IMG/VR virus record: IMGVR_UViG_3300021400_000080
Span: 1 to 64,000 of that record
Source of the DNA: a virus
Taxonomy: Duplodnaviria > Caudoviricetes
Direction: 5' to 3' (one strand)
Length of the DNA stretch: 64,000 bases
The notes under the pieces were generated by a model. The model ran no database searches and was not told the DNA's origin. It saw only the letters and a list, made by a program, of their open reading frames with translations. The position numbers were made by a program, and so were the translations under genes. Of the stretch, positions 26,025 through 35,724 are shown piece by piece. Each line of letters begins with the position of its first letter. Position 1 is the first letter of the stretch.

Positions 26025-26680
26025 TCACCGAAGAACGTCTCAACGAGATCATGTCGGAGGTCGGAGCCGAGTACGGCTACGAATCCGCAACCGCCTACCT
26101 CGTGCCGATGACCGAGGTCAAGGCGAACTGGCGCAGAACGTCCGAATGGGTCCAGATGGACCTCCCGGACTATCTCGTCCACGCACCCGAAGATGCAATC
26201 AGGAGCATCATCGTGACCGCTTTCCGTCATACCCAGGGCGAACACCCGAAGGGGTATGGGGATGCAGCCGACAAATGGCTCTGCTCCGATGATTTCGTCC
26301 GTCAGAACCAAGCCGTCTATCTGGCGCGCCGCGGCGCGGATACCGTGACGGATGCCGACAAGCTGCACGCGGCTCTGGAGAGGATCAAGGCATACACAAC
26401 AGTCCCCCCTATGGCGGTTGTCGCATGGGACGATCCGGTCAATGCGAAGATCACCGGGATGTCCTCTCTGCTGATGAGGTCGGTACTCCTGAACCCGGAT
26501 CTCAAGGATGTCCCCGACTACGTTCTGGACTACATCCTCATCGAGAGGGTCGTTCCCCTGACCTGCCCGTATTTCTGCCGTCCGTTCACCATCGAACGGA
26601 GGACCGAGAAGGCATTGGCAACCTACCCCGACCGTGAGAGGGCGGCCGAATGGCTGGAGGACAGAGGGCTGCCGAGGTGA
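26021..26680 (+). CDS. YgjP/DUF45-like metalloprotease homolog with degenerate HExxH
   Basis: LLNPDLKDVPDYVLDYILIERVV, where the family has YVIxHELxH. Confidence 0.6.
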   Translation: MITEERLNEIMSEVGAEYGYESATAYLVPMTEVKANWRRTSEWVQMDLPDYLVHAPEDAIRSIIVTAFRHTQGEHPKGYGDAADKWLCSDDFVRQNQAVYLARRGADTVTDADKLHAALERIKAYTTVPPMAVVAWDDPVNAKITGMSSLLMRSVLLNPDLKDVPDYVLDYILIERVVPLTCPYFCRPFTIERRTEKALATYPDRERAAEWLEDRGLPR

Positions 26681-26894
26681 TCGGGATGGACTGGACTGCG
26701 ATAAAGGTAAATCTGTTGAACATCATGGTATTCTGGAAGGTAAATGACTGAGTGAATACCATCCCCGGTACGGACGGAACGAGGGGTCTCGCGAGCATCC
26801 CCATTGTACGCGCAGGTCCTATTCCTACCTGATCCCCGCCCCTCCCGTAAACCGTGCCGGGTATGTAATTATATACTTCAAACAAAATTCAAGA

Positions 26895-27287
26895 ATGGTG
26901 AGCAATATGGCTACTGCGAAAAAGCAAGAGATCGGATTTTATGCCGGAGACATTCCCTCCAACGCGAAAATCTATGAAATATCCATCGAACAGATCAAGG
27001 TCGGTTCCAAGTGGCAGACTGTCAAGGTGAAAGGTTCGACGATCACCAAGGAATACTACCTCAACACCGTGTCCAATGACACTCTCAAGTGGTTCAGGGC
27101 AATCGGAGGAACGGAGGTCCGTAAGACTAACTTCACCCCCTACGGAGTCATCGCAACGCAGCTGAACTCTACCGACCCCACTAAGACCAACAGACACATC
27201 CGCGAATACTACTTCAAGGGTCAGGAGGACTCCTACAAATTCTATCTGGAAAAATGGAAGAGTCAGATCAAGAAGGAGAAGAGGTGA
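26895..27287 (+). CDS. Hypothetical basic protein
   Basis: 130 aa, TATA upstream. Confidence 0.7.
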   Translation: MVSNMATAKKQEIGFYAGDIPSNAKIYEISIEQIKVGSKWQTVKVKGSTITKEYYLNTVSNDTLKWFRAIGGTEVRKTNFTPYGVIATQLNSTDPTKTNRHIREYYFKGQEDSYKFYLEKWKSQIKKEKR

Positions 27288-27292
27288 CGAAC

Positions 27293-27601
27293 ATGGGTTA
27301 CTATATTCCAGTTGGAAACAGTCACAGGGTTTTCGAGAACAATCTCAAGGATGCATACCTGACCGCAGCCAAGGTTCTGATTGGCAAGTACCGTTTTACA
27401 AACGGACAGATTCACAAGGAGATCCCCGAATATACTGGATCGTATGGTATTCCGATATACGATTCCGCGACCGGCAAGGCAACTTCCCATTGGGTCAAAT
27501 TCCACAATGGGAGCAACCCCAAGGACGGCTACGAGGAGTGTTCTTACAACAAGAACATAGGGATGAGTACCAAATCCAAGTCGTTCCCGAAGAACTGGTA
27601 A
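27293..27601 (+). CDS. Small basic K/Y-rich protein (paralog family)
   Basis: NLKDAYLTAAKVL helix motif. Confidence 0.65.
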   Translation: MGYYIPVGNSHRVFENNLKDAYLTAAKVLIGKYRFTNGQIHKEIPEYTGSYGIPIYDSATGKATSHWVKFHNGSNPKDGYEECSYNKNIGMSTKSKSFPKNW

Positions 27602-27640
27602 AACCTCTTCCCTTTAAAGGGGATCAAAAGGTGATCTCAA

Positions 27641-28021
27641 ATGGGCGCAGTAATATTCGTTGGGACAAGTTATGAGTCGTGGGTTGATCTCAAAAAGATT
27701 GCCCAAACGTCTAACCTGAACAAGAAGTATTCCAAGGTCGCTACAACATATCGGAGTCTGGAAGAATGTAGGCATCGCGTAGCCGATGTCGGCAGCTGGA
27801 GTGCTTTCCATTCCGAGAGACAACAGGGTTTCGTTTATGATGCCAAGACCGGCAAACTGAAAGGGATGATTAAAGGAGACGGCTGGTATTTCTTCCGTGA
27901 TGGTATGTGGTATCACAGATTCATCAACAAAGGCGGCAAATTGGATTCACGCTACCCCGCCCGCCCGCATCCCGAAATCAAGATTGACCCTGATTCAAGA
28001 CTCAATGTGGGGAGAGAGTGA
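27641..28021 (+). CDS. Small basic K/Y-rich protein (paralog family)
   Basis: YRSLEECR motif. Confidence 0.7.
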   Translation: MGAVIFVGTSYESWVDLKKIAQTSNLNKKYSKVATTYRSLEECRHRVADVGSWSAFHSERQQGFVYDAKTGKLKGMIKGDGWYFFRDGMWYHRFINKGGKLDSRYPARPHPEIKIDPDSRLNVGRE

Positions 28022-28024
28022 AGT

Positions 28025-28315
28025 ATGTTCTACTTCTACGACGGTACGATCGACAAGGGGTTCCACGGATACAGGACGGAGAAGGCCGCCATCCGTGAGG
28101 CCATCATCTATGCCAAGAGGTTCCCCCGGAGATACATCGGGGTCTATGAGGAACATAACTACGGAGGGGAGTTCCTCGGCCGTGTGTATATCGGCACTAT
28201 CAAGGGTAAAGAAACGGCCAAATACGAGTCCCATTCGGGAACGTACCGGCTGAACAAGGACGGATCGCTCGGCAAATATCTGAACGGCAACAGATATTCC
28301 TGTCCGAGAAATTGA
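28025..28315 (+). CDS. Small basic K/Y-rich protein (paralog family)
   Basis: YRTEKAAIREAIIYAK; ends YRLNKDGSLG. Confidence 0.7.
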   Translation: MFYFYDGTIDKGFHGYRTEKAAIREAIIYAKRFPRRYIGVYEEHNYGGEFLGRVYIGTIKGKETAKYESHSGTYRLNKDGSLGKYLNGNRYSCPRN

Positions 28316-28371
28316 TCCTCGACCCCCTTCGGGGGTTTTCCTTTTAAATATGCCAATCGGGATTACTTATC

Positions 28372-28857
28372 ATGCCCTATAAAGTCGGATTCAAACTCGA
28401 TGACGGAAGAACCTTATGGCTCAAACAGACCTACGCATCCAAGTCGTATGCGGAGAAGGTGATGAAGAGGGAACGCGCCAAGCTGCTCGAAATGGGGATC
28501 AAACTCACCATCCCCTATGTGGTGAAGGTCGATGACGGCAATCTCAAACTGGCTACACGTTCGACCGCACCCTCCAGCACCTCGAAGGTCCCCTCCGGCA
28601 AGGCATCGTCCGAGATCTACATCAAACCGTGGTACTGCGCGAAATACCCCACGGATAGTATGGGTCAGGACATCAATCCCAAGGCAACGTTCAAGGGCGC
28701 GATGGATGTCCTGAAACATACCAAGACCTCTTCCGACTTCTATAACTATGTCGATGTCCACGACTCCGTTGTACGCGAACGCATCTTCGATGAACTGGCG
28801 AGGAGGAGGAACCAATCCTACGATACAATCTACCGCGCGTGGTTAGGAGAGATTTGA
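28372..28857 (+). CDS. Two-domain basic protein (shared N-terminal domain family A)
   Basis: N-domain ends AKLLEMGIK. Confidence 0.75.
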   Translation: MPYKVGFKLDDGRTLWLKQTYASKSYAEKVMKRERAKLLEMGIKLTIPYVVKVDDGNLKLATRSTAPSSTSKVPSGKASSEIYIKPWYCAKYPTDSMGQDINPKATFKGAMDVLKHTKTSSDFYNYVDVHDSVVRERIFDELARRRNQSYDTIYRAWLGEI

Positions 28858-28927
28858 TCCACTGAACTGTCTAAAAACCTTTTACCCTCTGGGGTCTTTT
28901 TTAATACCGGTATTCGGATTATCAACC

Positions 28928-29404
28928 ATGTCATATACTGTATATGCCAAGCTGCCTAACGGCAAGGTCATCAAGTACGGAAAACCGCTGCAGACTCTCC
29001 CGGAGGTCAATAATGCTAAGGCCGAGATGAAATCCGATCTCGAAAAAGCCGGAATCAAGGCGAAGGTCGAGGTATCCATTGATGCCTACGCGACCGGGGG
29101 ACCTACTGTCAAGAAACCATCCATCTGCACCGCCAAGAATCCGAGAGGAGGGGACATCGCTGTCAATGGCAACCCCTACAAGCACGATTACTCTGCCGTA
29201 CTGAAAAATGCCCGGAGATTCTACAAGGATGCCGTTGTCGTGGTATGCTATAATAAAGCGGAACTGTGGGGGAGCCGCAGGGATGCGATGTCCTTCTATA
29301 TGGAGGGCATCTATGCGTGCGAGGGAGCCGAACGCGAACGCTACGAGAACATCTACTTCGATCTCCAGGATAAGAAAGACGTTGCCCTCGATGAGTGGTA
29401 CTGA
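28928..29404 (+). CDS. Two-domain protein (family A)
   Basis: N-domain ends SDLEKAGIK. Confidence 0.75.
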   Translation: MSYTVYAKLPNGKVIKYGKPLQTLPEVNNAKAEMKSDLEKAGIKAKVEVSIDAYATGGPTVKKPSICTAKNPRGGDIAVNGNPYKHDYSAVLKNARRFYKDAVVVVCYNKAELWGSRRDAMSFYMEGIYACEGAERERYENIYFDLQDKKDVALDEWY

Positions 29405-29464
29405 AACCCTTTACCCCTTCAAGGGGGATTTTCCTTTAAATATCTGAATGGGGATATTTTCATT

Positions 29465-30067
29465 ATGTCCGATGAGCGGCGCACATACGCTTTGATCTAC
29501 GTCGATGGGGAGAGGAAACTTATCAAAACCAAACCCCATTCTTTTTATTATTCTGACGAAGCCAAAAATGAATTAATACGGGATTTAAAAAAATCCGGAC
29601 TCAAATATAATTTCCTTGGCGAAAGTAAGACCCATATAACAATGGCCTCCATAACCAGAGTAGAAAAACTCGCCAGCAGAATCAACCCTCCGGTCGGAAC
29701 GTGGTTCGCTACAAACGCAACTCGCAATTACACAAAATACAATTTTATGAGGATTGCCAAGAAGTGCGGAAATCCTTTCCCCCTCCAAGTCTATGTAAAC
29801 CAAACCCCATATATTGTCCAAGAAGTCGTGATGTCCTTTTATTCCAGCAAACTTCTGAAATCAGAAGGGCCGGGTTACGACAATTACAGCTGGTATCTGC
29901 CCGATAAAAAGACAAACGAAACCGAAACCGGCTACATCAGAATCTCTCCCAATGGCGAACTTACCGTCAATCCCGCACCAACCATGCAGAGTTGGCCTAT
30001 ATGGGAACGGTGGGATGATCGCAAAAAGGAACCGATAGTTGTCCACACAGCTTACGACCCTTGGTGA
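29465..30067 (+). CDS. Two-domain protein (family A)
   Basis: YVDGERKLIKTK...AKNELIRDLKKSGLK. Confidence 0.75.
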   Translation: MSDERRTYALIYVDGERKLIKTKPHSFYYSDEAKNELIRDLKKSGLKYNFLGESKTHITMASITRVEKLASRINPPVGTWFATNATRNYTKYNFMRIAKKCGNPFPLQVYVNQTPYIVQEVVMSFYSSKLLKSEGPGYDNYSWYLPDKKTNETETGYIRISPNGELTVNPAPTMQSWPIWERWDDRKKEPIVVHTAYDPW

Positions 30068-30134
30068 ACACCTTTTCAAACCCTTTACCCCTTCGGGGGT
30101 TTTCCTTTTAATACGGAAACGTGGATTATCATCT

Positions 30135-30701
30135 ATGCCGCAATATGCATACGCAGTCGTAATCGTAGACGGGAAGAAGAAGGTCATCAAGACCAAGGGA
30201 TATTCCGATGCCAAGGTCATACTTGCCAAGAACGAATTGGAGAAGGATTTGAAAGCCGCCGGGATCAAATACACCTACATCGGCATCAGCGAACATCCCC
30301 CGACCGCTGCCGACTTGGATGCCTCGAAGAGAGAAATTCGCAGGACAGAAAAACAGAAGGACACCATATCGAAAATGGGGAAAAAGACCCCAAGAAAGAG
30401 TGCATACGATGAAAAACTGCCCAAAAACGGAGATATTTATGTTTGCACCTACGGACCCTACTCAACCGTAGAATTTTATATGGTTAAAGGAACTAAAGAA
30501 TCCTCTCTGTATAACCTCGTCTCCATATCGAAAGAGATGTATGATGATGAAAACGTAATCCCTGATCCTCACGATGTCTTGACAGTTGGAAAATGGTACA
30601 AATACAACCCCGAATCAAGATCGTTCCAGATATATCCCCATATTCACGCAATAAAATGGGATGGTAAACCCGTTTATACCAGCGATTTTGAATACGCATA
30701 A
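30135..30701 (+). CDS. Two-domain protein (family A)
   Basis: IVDGKKKVIKTK...AKNELEKDLKAAGIK. Confidence 0.75.
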   Translation: MPQYAYAVVIVDGKKKVIKTKGYSDAKVILAKNELEKDLKAAGIKYTYIGISEHPPTAADLDASKREIRRTEKQKDTISKMGKKTPRKSAYDEKLPKNGDIYVCTYGPYSTVEFYMVKGTKESSLYNLVSISKEMYDDENVIPDPHDVLTVGKWYKYNPESRSFQIYPHIHAIKWDGKPVYTSDFEYA

Positions 30702-30761
30702 ATCCATTCCCCCCTCCACGGGGGATTCATTCTTTTTATACTCCCGTGACCATCCGCAATC

Positions 30762-30977
30762 ATGGTATTCTTTGTCATCGGTGGACACTATCACAAGGAC
30801 AACACGCACATAATCATCACCGGGATAAGCAAGGATCACGTCACCTATATGCGTGCCAACGGGCGCACGGAGTACCGCGCGAAACTCTATTGGGCGAAGA
30901 TGAAACATTCCCAACACGTCCTCCAATACATCCGGCTGGACGGCAAGAGGATCTACTCGGTCAATGTGGGCGATTAA
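30762..30977 (+). CDS. Small hypothetical protein
   Basis: 71 aa, own TATA. Confidence 0.6.
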   Translation: MVFFVIGGHYHKDNTHIIITGISKDHVTYMRANGRTEYRAKLYWAKMKHSQHVLQYIRLDGKRIYSVNVGD

Positions 30978-31061
30978 TGGTATTGCTTTAAATACGCACG
31001 CATTGATAAGGAGATTGCGGCCTACCGTTCAAGGGTTGTCGCGGGAGGCCGCCCTCGTACC

Positions 31062-31883
31062 ATGTCAAGGAGTCTTTCTGTTCTGACGGGAATATGTGTC
31101 GGAACGATCATCTTCCTGACCATCGTTTTCCCCGCGCAGATATGCTCCTGTTACAAGGACGTGAAGGTCTCCGAATACGAAGGGGACAGTATCGTATCGT
31201 GGTATATGCCCGTGTTCGACGATTCCGGGATGGTGAAGTTACAATACCCCGTCACCACGGATACCGGTATCACCGAAGAGGATTTCCGGGAGGCGATGGA
31301 TTCCCCCATGTGCCGTAGGATCCTCGGCTCCACGGGGTACGGGATGTCCGACATACCCGACTGCCCTCAAGGGGTCGTGGACGGCATAGACGATGCCCTG
31401 GGACGGGTAGGGATGACCGCTGCGGACCTCACGGAGCATCAGCTGTGCGTGGTGATCTCGGCTTTCGTGAGGACGGGGATAGGATACGCTTACGATGACG
31501 ATCTCTACGGCTGCCCGGATTACGCGGCATCGCCTACGGAGACGGTCTATCTCGGACGGGGTGACTGCGAGGACGTCGCCATATTGTTCGTGTCCATCGC
31601 GCGCGCATACGGGATAGATGCCGTCCTGATAGGTTACTCGGACCATTGTAATGCCGGGATCAGGGTAAGCGGATGGGAAGGGTGGAACACCGTGGAGGGA
31701 TACACGGTCGTGGAATGTACGTCCTCGTATTGGTACGTCGATAGGATCTTCTCACCGGACTGCGGAGAGGGAAGGGTACTCGGTCAATCCGCTGCGGACC
31801 GCATCGTGGACTCCTATGTGACGTTCTGCGACCGTACCCTGCCGTTCAACCCCATTCTTTATATCGCACGGATGCTTTCGTAA
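31062..31883 (+). CDS. Secreted/membrane-anchored transglutaminase-like cysteine protease
   Basis: N-terminal TM; GDCED catalytic Cys, DHCNAG His, VECT acidic residue. Confidence 0.8.
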   Translation: MSRSLSVLTGICVGTIIFLTIVFPAQICSCYKDVKVSEYEGDSIVSWYMPVFDDSGMVKLQYPVTTDTGITEEDFREAMDSPMCRRILGSTGYGMSDIPDCPQGVVDGIDDALGRVGMTAADLTEHQLCVVISAFVRTGIGYAYDDDLYGCPDYAASPTETVYLGRGDCEDVAILFVSIARAYGIDAVLIGYSDHCNAGIRVSGWEGWNTVEGYTVVECTSSYWYVDRIFSPDCGEGRVLGQSAADRIVDSYVTFCDRTLPFNPILYIARMLS

Positions 31884-32345
31884 TTCCGCGATTAGAATGA
31901 TCTCCGAAATCGGTAGGAATTAACGATTTGCCCGCTTGACCGGGCGAAAAGGTCTCCCGGACCGTATTTTGTAATACGGAAGTCCGGTTCTGTATTTCAT
32001 GTATTACGTTCTGTATTGCTTCTGTATTACTTCTGTATTGCACCCCGCTACAATCGCGCGCCTTTAAAGATTTAAACGCTCGCGCGTGCGCGCCCGCAGG
32101 AAAACCTATTGTATGGATATGACCTATATCTGCCCTATATAGTTTTTATAAATTCCTTGTTCTGTATTACACTTTAAATACTCTTTAAATACTAACCTAC
32201 TAAAATGATAATACAGAAGTAATACAGAAGCACTACGGAAGGCAAAAATGTAATACAGAAGCACTACGGAACAAGGGATGCGAGCCGGAAATGTGGGAAA
32301 ATTAGGTATTTCGTTAAATAGTGTGAGAAACGATAAGTCCAACCG
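31884..32345. other. Candidate replication origin (inverted iteron arrays around an AT-rich core)
   Basis: TTCTGTATT at 31988, 32009, 32020, 32031, 32160; inverse AATACAGAA at 32210, 32221, 32252; 11-bp spacing; directly upstream of the helicase. Confidence 0.7.
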
Positions 32346-33851
32346 ATGCCCGAAAACGACAACCCGCAGACAGATTACCGCCCTATCGAGGTTCCCACTC
32401 CCGATCCCACACGGTATTCGATTTTCAAGCAGGGTCCGAAGGGCGGTCTGACGTTCTATCCCAGGAACATCATCAAGTACCTCGCGGCGAAATGGATCGT
32501 CTACGACGGTCATACCCCACGCATATTCAACGGGCGGTCATATCAGGTCATCCCCGACAATAAGTTCGTCGCCATGGTCGCGGATTCCGTCGATGCCTAC
32601 ATGACGGACACGCTCGTATCGAAAGGGCAATACCAATCAATCTTCTTCAATGCCGAGGCGATCCTGGACTTCGACAGGGTCCCGTACTTCGAGGACCCCG
32701 AACAGAGGGACGATTACTCCGTGGTCGAGGATCAGCGCATAGCCGGGGGTCTCTTCGCTTTCGAGAACGGCATCCTGAACACCGCCAACGACAAGTTCCT
32801 CCCCTTCACCCATCATCTCATGGTGAGGTCGTGCTACAACTGCCGCTACGACCCCTCCGTGGAGACGTGCCGTGCGGAGAGCATAATCGAGGGGATATTG
32901 CCTGATGCCGACACGAGGAGGTTCTTCTTCGAGATGGTAGGGTCCATCCTCTTCGGGGACATGAACCCGCCCGCCATCTTTGTCATATACGGTCCGGGTG
33001 AGACGGGTAAATCCGCATTGGCGAACATGCTGACCACACTCATGGGCGACGATATGGTATCGAGGGAAACCCTCAAGCAGCTCGGCACGGATAAATACTC
33101 CCCCGCAGAATTGGAGGGCAAACGTCTCAACGTGTCAGGGGAGACGGGTGCTGTGAAGAACAAGTACACCACCCCCGACGGGGAATTGATAAAACAGCTT
33201 TCGGACGGTCAGGAGATCTCGGTCCAGCGCAAATACGGGCATCCCTATAAGATCCGCAACACCGCCAAACTGTTGTTCCTCACCAACACCGTACCGGACT
33301 TCGGTGACACATCCAGCGGTCTCTACCGCCGCCTTTATACCATCCCATGCCGCACGAAACAGGATCCGGCACTCAACATCTACAAACTCATGACAGACCC
33401 CCAATCCCTTTCATGGCTGACTAACCGCGCCCTTGAGGGATACATGAGGGTCAAATCCAGGGGATTCAAGTTCGAGCCGTCCGAAGAGATGCAGAAGGAA
33501 TGGCAGAACATGAGGGTCCAGGACCCCGTGTTCGACTTCCTCTACACGACATTCGATTCCACGGACATCCACGATATATGCGGTCAGATCGTAGCGCACT
33601 CCGAGTACAAGAGGACGAAGTTCATCTACGACAGATACCGCGAGTTCTGTTACGCGAACAACGTGACCCCGTTGGGATCGCGCAAGTTCTACGAGAAGAT
33701 GAGGAACGAGACCGAATTGGACATCGGGAAGAACCCCGTTATGTTCCGTGTGGACGGAGTACCTACGAGTACCCGTGTGTTCCAATGGAAAGAATCGGTC
33801 CTCAAGGCGCATTTACAGTCCAAGACGGGTAAGGACAAGGGGAAGCCATGA
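32346..33851 (+). CDS. D5/P4-like SF3 helicase (D5_N + ATPase; no primase domain evident)
   Basis: AFENGIL (D5_N), Walker A GPGETGKS, GKRLNVSGE, LFLTN motif C. Confidence 0.9.
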   Translation: MPENDNPQTDYRPIEVPTPDPTRYSIFKQGPKGGLTFYPRNIIKYLAAKWIVYDGHTPRIFNGRSYQVIPDNKFVAMVADSVDAYMTDTLVSKGQYQSIFFNAEAILDFDRVPYFEDPEQRDDYSVVEDQRIAGGLFAFENGILNTANDKFLPFTHHLMVRSCYNCRYDPSVETCRAESIIEGILPDADTRRFFFEMVGSILFGDMNPPAIFVIYGPGETGKSALANMLTTLMGDDMVSRETLKQLGTDKYSPAELEGKRLNVSGETGAVKNKYTTPDGELIKQLSDGQEISVQRKYGHPYKIRNTAKLLFLTNTVPDFGDTSSGLYRRLYTIPCRTKQDPALNIYKLMTDPQSLSWLTNRALEGYMRVKSRGFKFEPSEEMQKEWQNMRVQDPVFDFLYTTFDSTDIHDICGQIVAHSEYKRTKFIYDRYREFCYANNVTPLGSRKFYEKMRNETELDIGKNPVMFRVDGVPTSTRVFQWKESVLKAHLQSKTGKDKGKP

Positions 33852-33897
33852 AAAATGCCTTAGAAGGCGATTCCGATAGATTAGGAGGGAGATCACG

Positions 33898-35394
33898 ATG
33901 ACACGCACATACGCACAACCGCTGCACAATCCGGAGAAGTTCACGCTCAAGGAACATCAGACCTTCGCATCAGAGATGATGGAGAACGTGGAATGTCTCG
34001 CCCTTTTCTACGAGGCGGGAACAGGAAAGACCATGTGCGTACTCGATTGGGCCTACCGCGCGGTCGAGAGAGGGGATCTGAACTCCCTCCTGGTGATATG
34101 TCCCGCCAACATCGTGGGGGTATGGACATCAGCGGTCGATAAGATGATCGAGTTCGAGGGATACACCAAGGACGGCATCGCCCGGCTCAAGAGCATCATG
34201 ACCGTCCGTTCGTTCCAAAAGACCTACAAGACGGAGACCCGCGAGGTACAGCACAGGAACGGCAGCAAGGGACAGAAAAAGACCCGCGACATCCGTCCGG
34301 ACATCAACCGCTATTGGGGAGCCATAGTCGTGGACGAGTCGCACAGTATTGGCGCGCACCAATCCGTCCAGACGAAGGCCGCCCTCGCCCTCGCCATGAA
34401 AGCATCCAAACGGTTCATCCTCACAGGCACACCCGTGTCGGGAGGAGGAGGCGCGGGAGATTATAAGAAACTCTACGGACAACTGAAATTCCTGGACAAC
34501 ACGGTATGGGCATCGTGGACGGACTTCTGCAAGAGGTATGTGCTGGCTTTCGACGTGTTCCGCAACCCCGTCCGTTACCGCGAGGCCGAGTTGAAGAAAC
34601 TGATGGAGGACTACGGGATCGTCGCAAGACTGGACATGTGCTACGACATGCCGGATTCGTCCGAGATCGTCATCCCGTGCGAGTTGAAGGAACCCCAGGC
34701 ATACAAGCGTATCCGTGAGGGAGATACCGCCACCTACGGATTCGAGATACGCACGGGAGGGGGTCAGTACATCAAGCTGCTGGAACTCGTGTCCGGATTC
34801 GTCAAGACCGACGATAAGGAGGTATCCCCCGGCAAATTCACCAAGGAAGTGCTGAAATTCAAGTGCGAGAAACAGGATGCCCTCAAGACCATCATCACGG
34901 GAACGGACGATAAGGTCGTGGTATTCTGCAAATTCCGTGAGAGCATAGACGATGCCTACGAGGTATGCTCCAAGATGGGCGAGACGGTCGTGTTCGACGG
35001 TCGGTCCAACAAGGACACATGGCGCGACTTCCAGTACGGGGATGCCCGCTATCTGATCTGCCAGTACCAGTCGGGAGGGGTCGGACTCGATCTCTACGCG
35101 AGTCACACGATGGTATTCTACGAACCGGAATGGTCCTCCCTGCTGCTGGAACAGGCGAAGGCGCGTATCCGGAGGAAAGGTCAGACCAAACGCTGCATCT
35201 ACTACTGGCTGTCCACGAAGGGGACCATCGAGGAAGATGCGATCCAGTCCGTGAGGAACGGAGTCACCGTCACCACCGAACTCCTTGAGATGTGGGCGAA
35301 ACGCGAGATGAAGAACACGGTCAGCAACGACGATGAAGATGAGGACAACCCCGACACCGACAACCCGGATGAGACGGGAGAATCCGAGATATGA
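33898..35394 (+). CDS. SNF2-like SF2 helicase
   Basis: EAGTGKT, VVDESH, LTGTP, GGVGLDL, EQAKARIRRKGQ. Confidence 0.9.
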   Translation: MTRTYAQPLHNPEKFTLKEHQTFASEMMENVECLALFYEAGTGKTMCVLDWAYRAVERGDLNSLLVICPANIVGVWTSAVDKMIEFEGYTKDGIARLKSIMTVRSFQKTYKTETREVQHRNGSKGQKKTRDIRPDINRYWGAIVVDESHSIGAHQSVQTKAALALAMKASKRFILTGTPVSGGGGAGDYKKLYGQLKFLDNTVWASWTDFCKRYVLAFDVFRNPVRYREAELKKLMEDYGIVARLDMCYDMPDSSEIVIPCELKEPQAYKRIREGDTATYGFEIRTGGGQYIKLLELVSGFVKTDDKEVSPGKFTKEVLKFKCEKQDALKTIITGTDDKVVVFCKFRESIDDAYEVCSKMGETVVFDGRSNKDTWRDFQYGDARYLICQYQSGGVGLDLYASHTMVFYEPEWSSLLLEQAKARIRRKGQTKRCIYYWLSTKGTIEEDAIQSVRNGVTVTTELLEMWAKREMKNTVSNDDEDEDNPDTDNPDETGESEI

Positions 35395-35720
35395 CATGGA
35401 GAGAACGCAAGGCAAGGCGCACGATATGGAGATACTGGAACCGCAGGATGTCCCTCATCGGGCGCAGATTGAGGGAGACCACGACATCCGACGAGGATCT
35501 TGTGGGGTAGTGGGATGCGTGTTCCTCCGAGAGCAAGGACAGATTCGTGAAGGACATCAGGTCGCAGTTGGAGAACCAGCACACGGAATACGGGGAGGAC
35601 TACCGCACGTTCGCCATCCTGGACGAGTCGTGCGCGGTCCTGTTGGGTATCGAGTACACCATAGCCATGGCGAGGGTGAGGATAGCCAAGAAGAGGGCAT
35701 CCCGTGTATTCCTCAATTGA
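35391..35720 (+). CDS. Hypothetical protein with in-frame TAG at codon 40 (35508-35510)
   Basis: ATGA overlap with the SNF2 stop; MTWRERK...DLVG*WDACSSESKDRFV...VFLN-TGA; coding-type codon usage on both sides of the TAG. Confidence 0.7.
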
Positions 35721-35724
35721 CCGA

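Larger units (their letters stand above)
27601..30745 (+). terminator. Series of intergenic units (AAACCYYTT)-CCCC-loop-GGGG-T-tract followed by TATA, separating single-gene cassettes
   Basis: Units at about 27601, 28316, 28873, 29402, 30077, 30700; related units at 44078, 50783, 52828, 61381. Confidence 0.7.

Noticed and set aside
31016-31061. tRNA-like element (GCGGCCT/AGGCCGC stem, GTTCAA)
   Set aside because: Too short and lacks D and anticodon arms; at most a 5'-UTR hairpin.
31884-32345. CRISPR or mini-CRISPR array
   Set aside because: Repeats are 9-11 bp, abutting and inverted, with no spacers.
34129-35415. Long antisense/shadow ORFs (for example 34129-35415, 36645-37421, 44794-45810, 58313-59452, 9773-10456)
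   Set aside because: They are mirror frames of well-supported genes with strong C/G third-position bias and have no SD or motifs.
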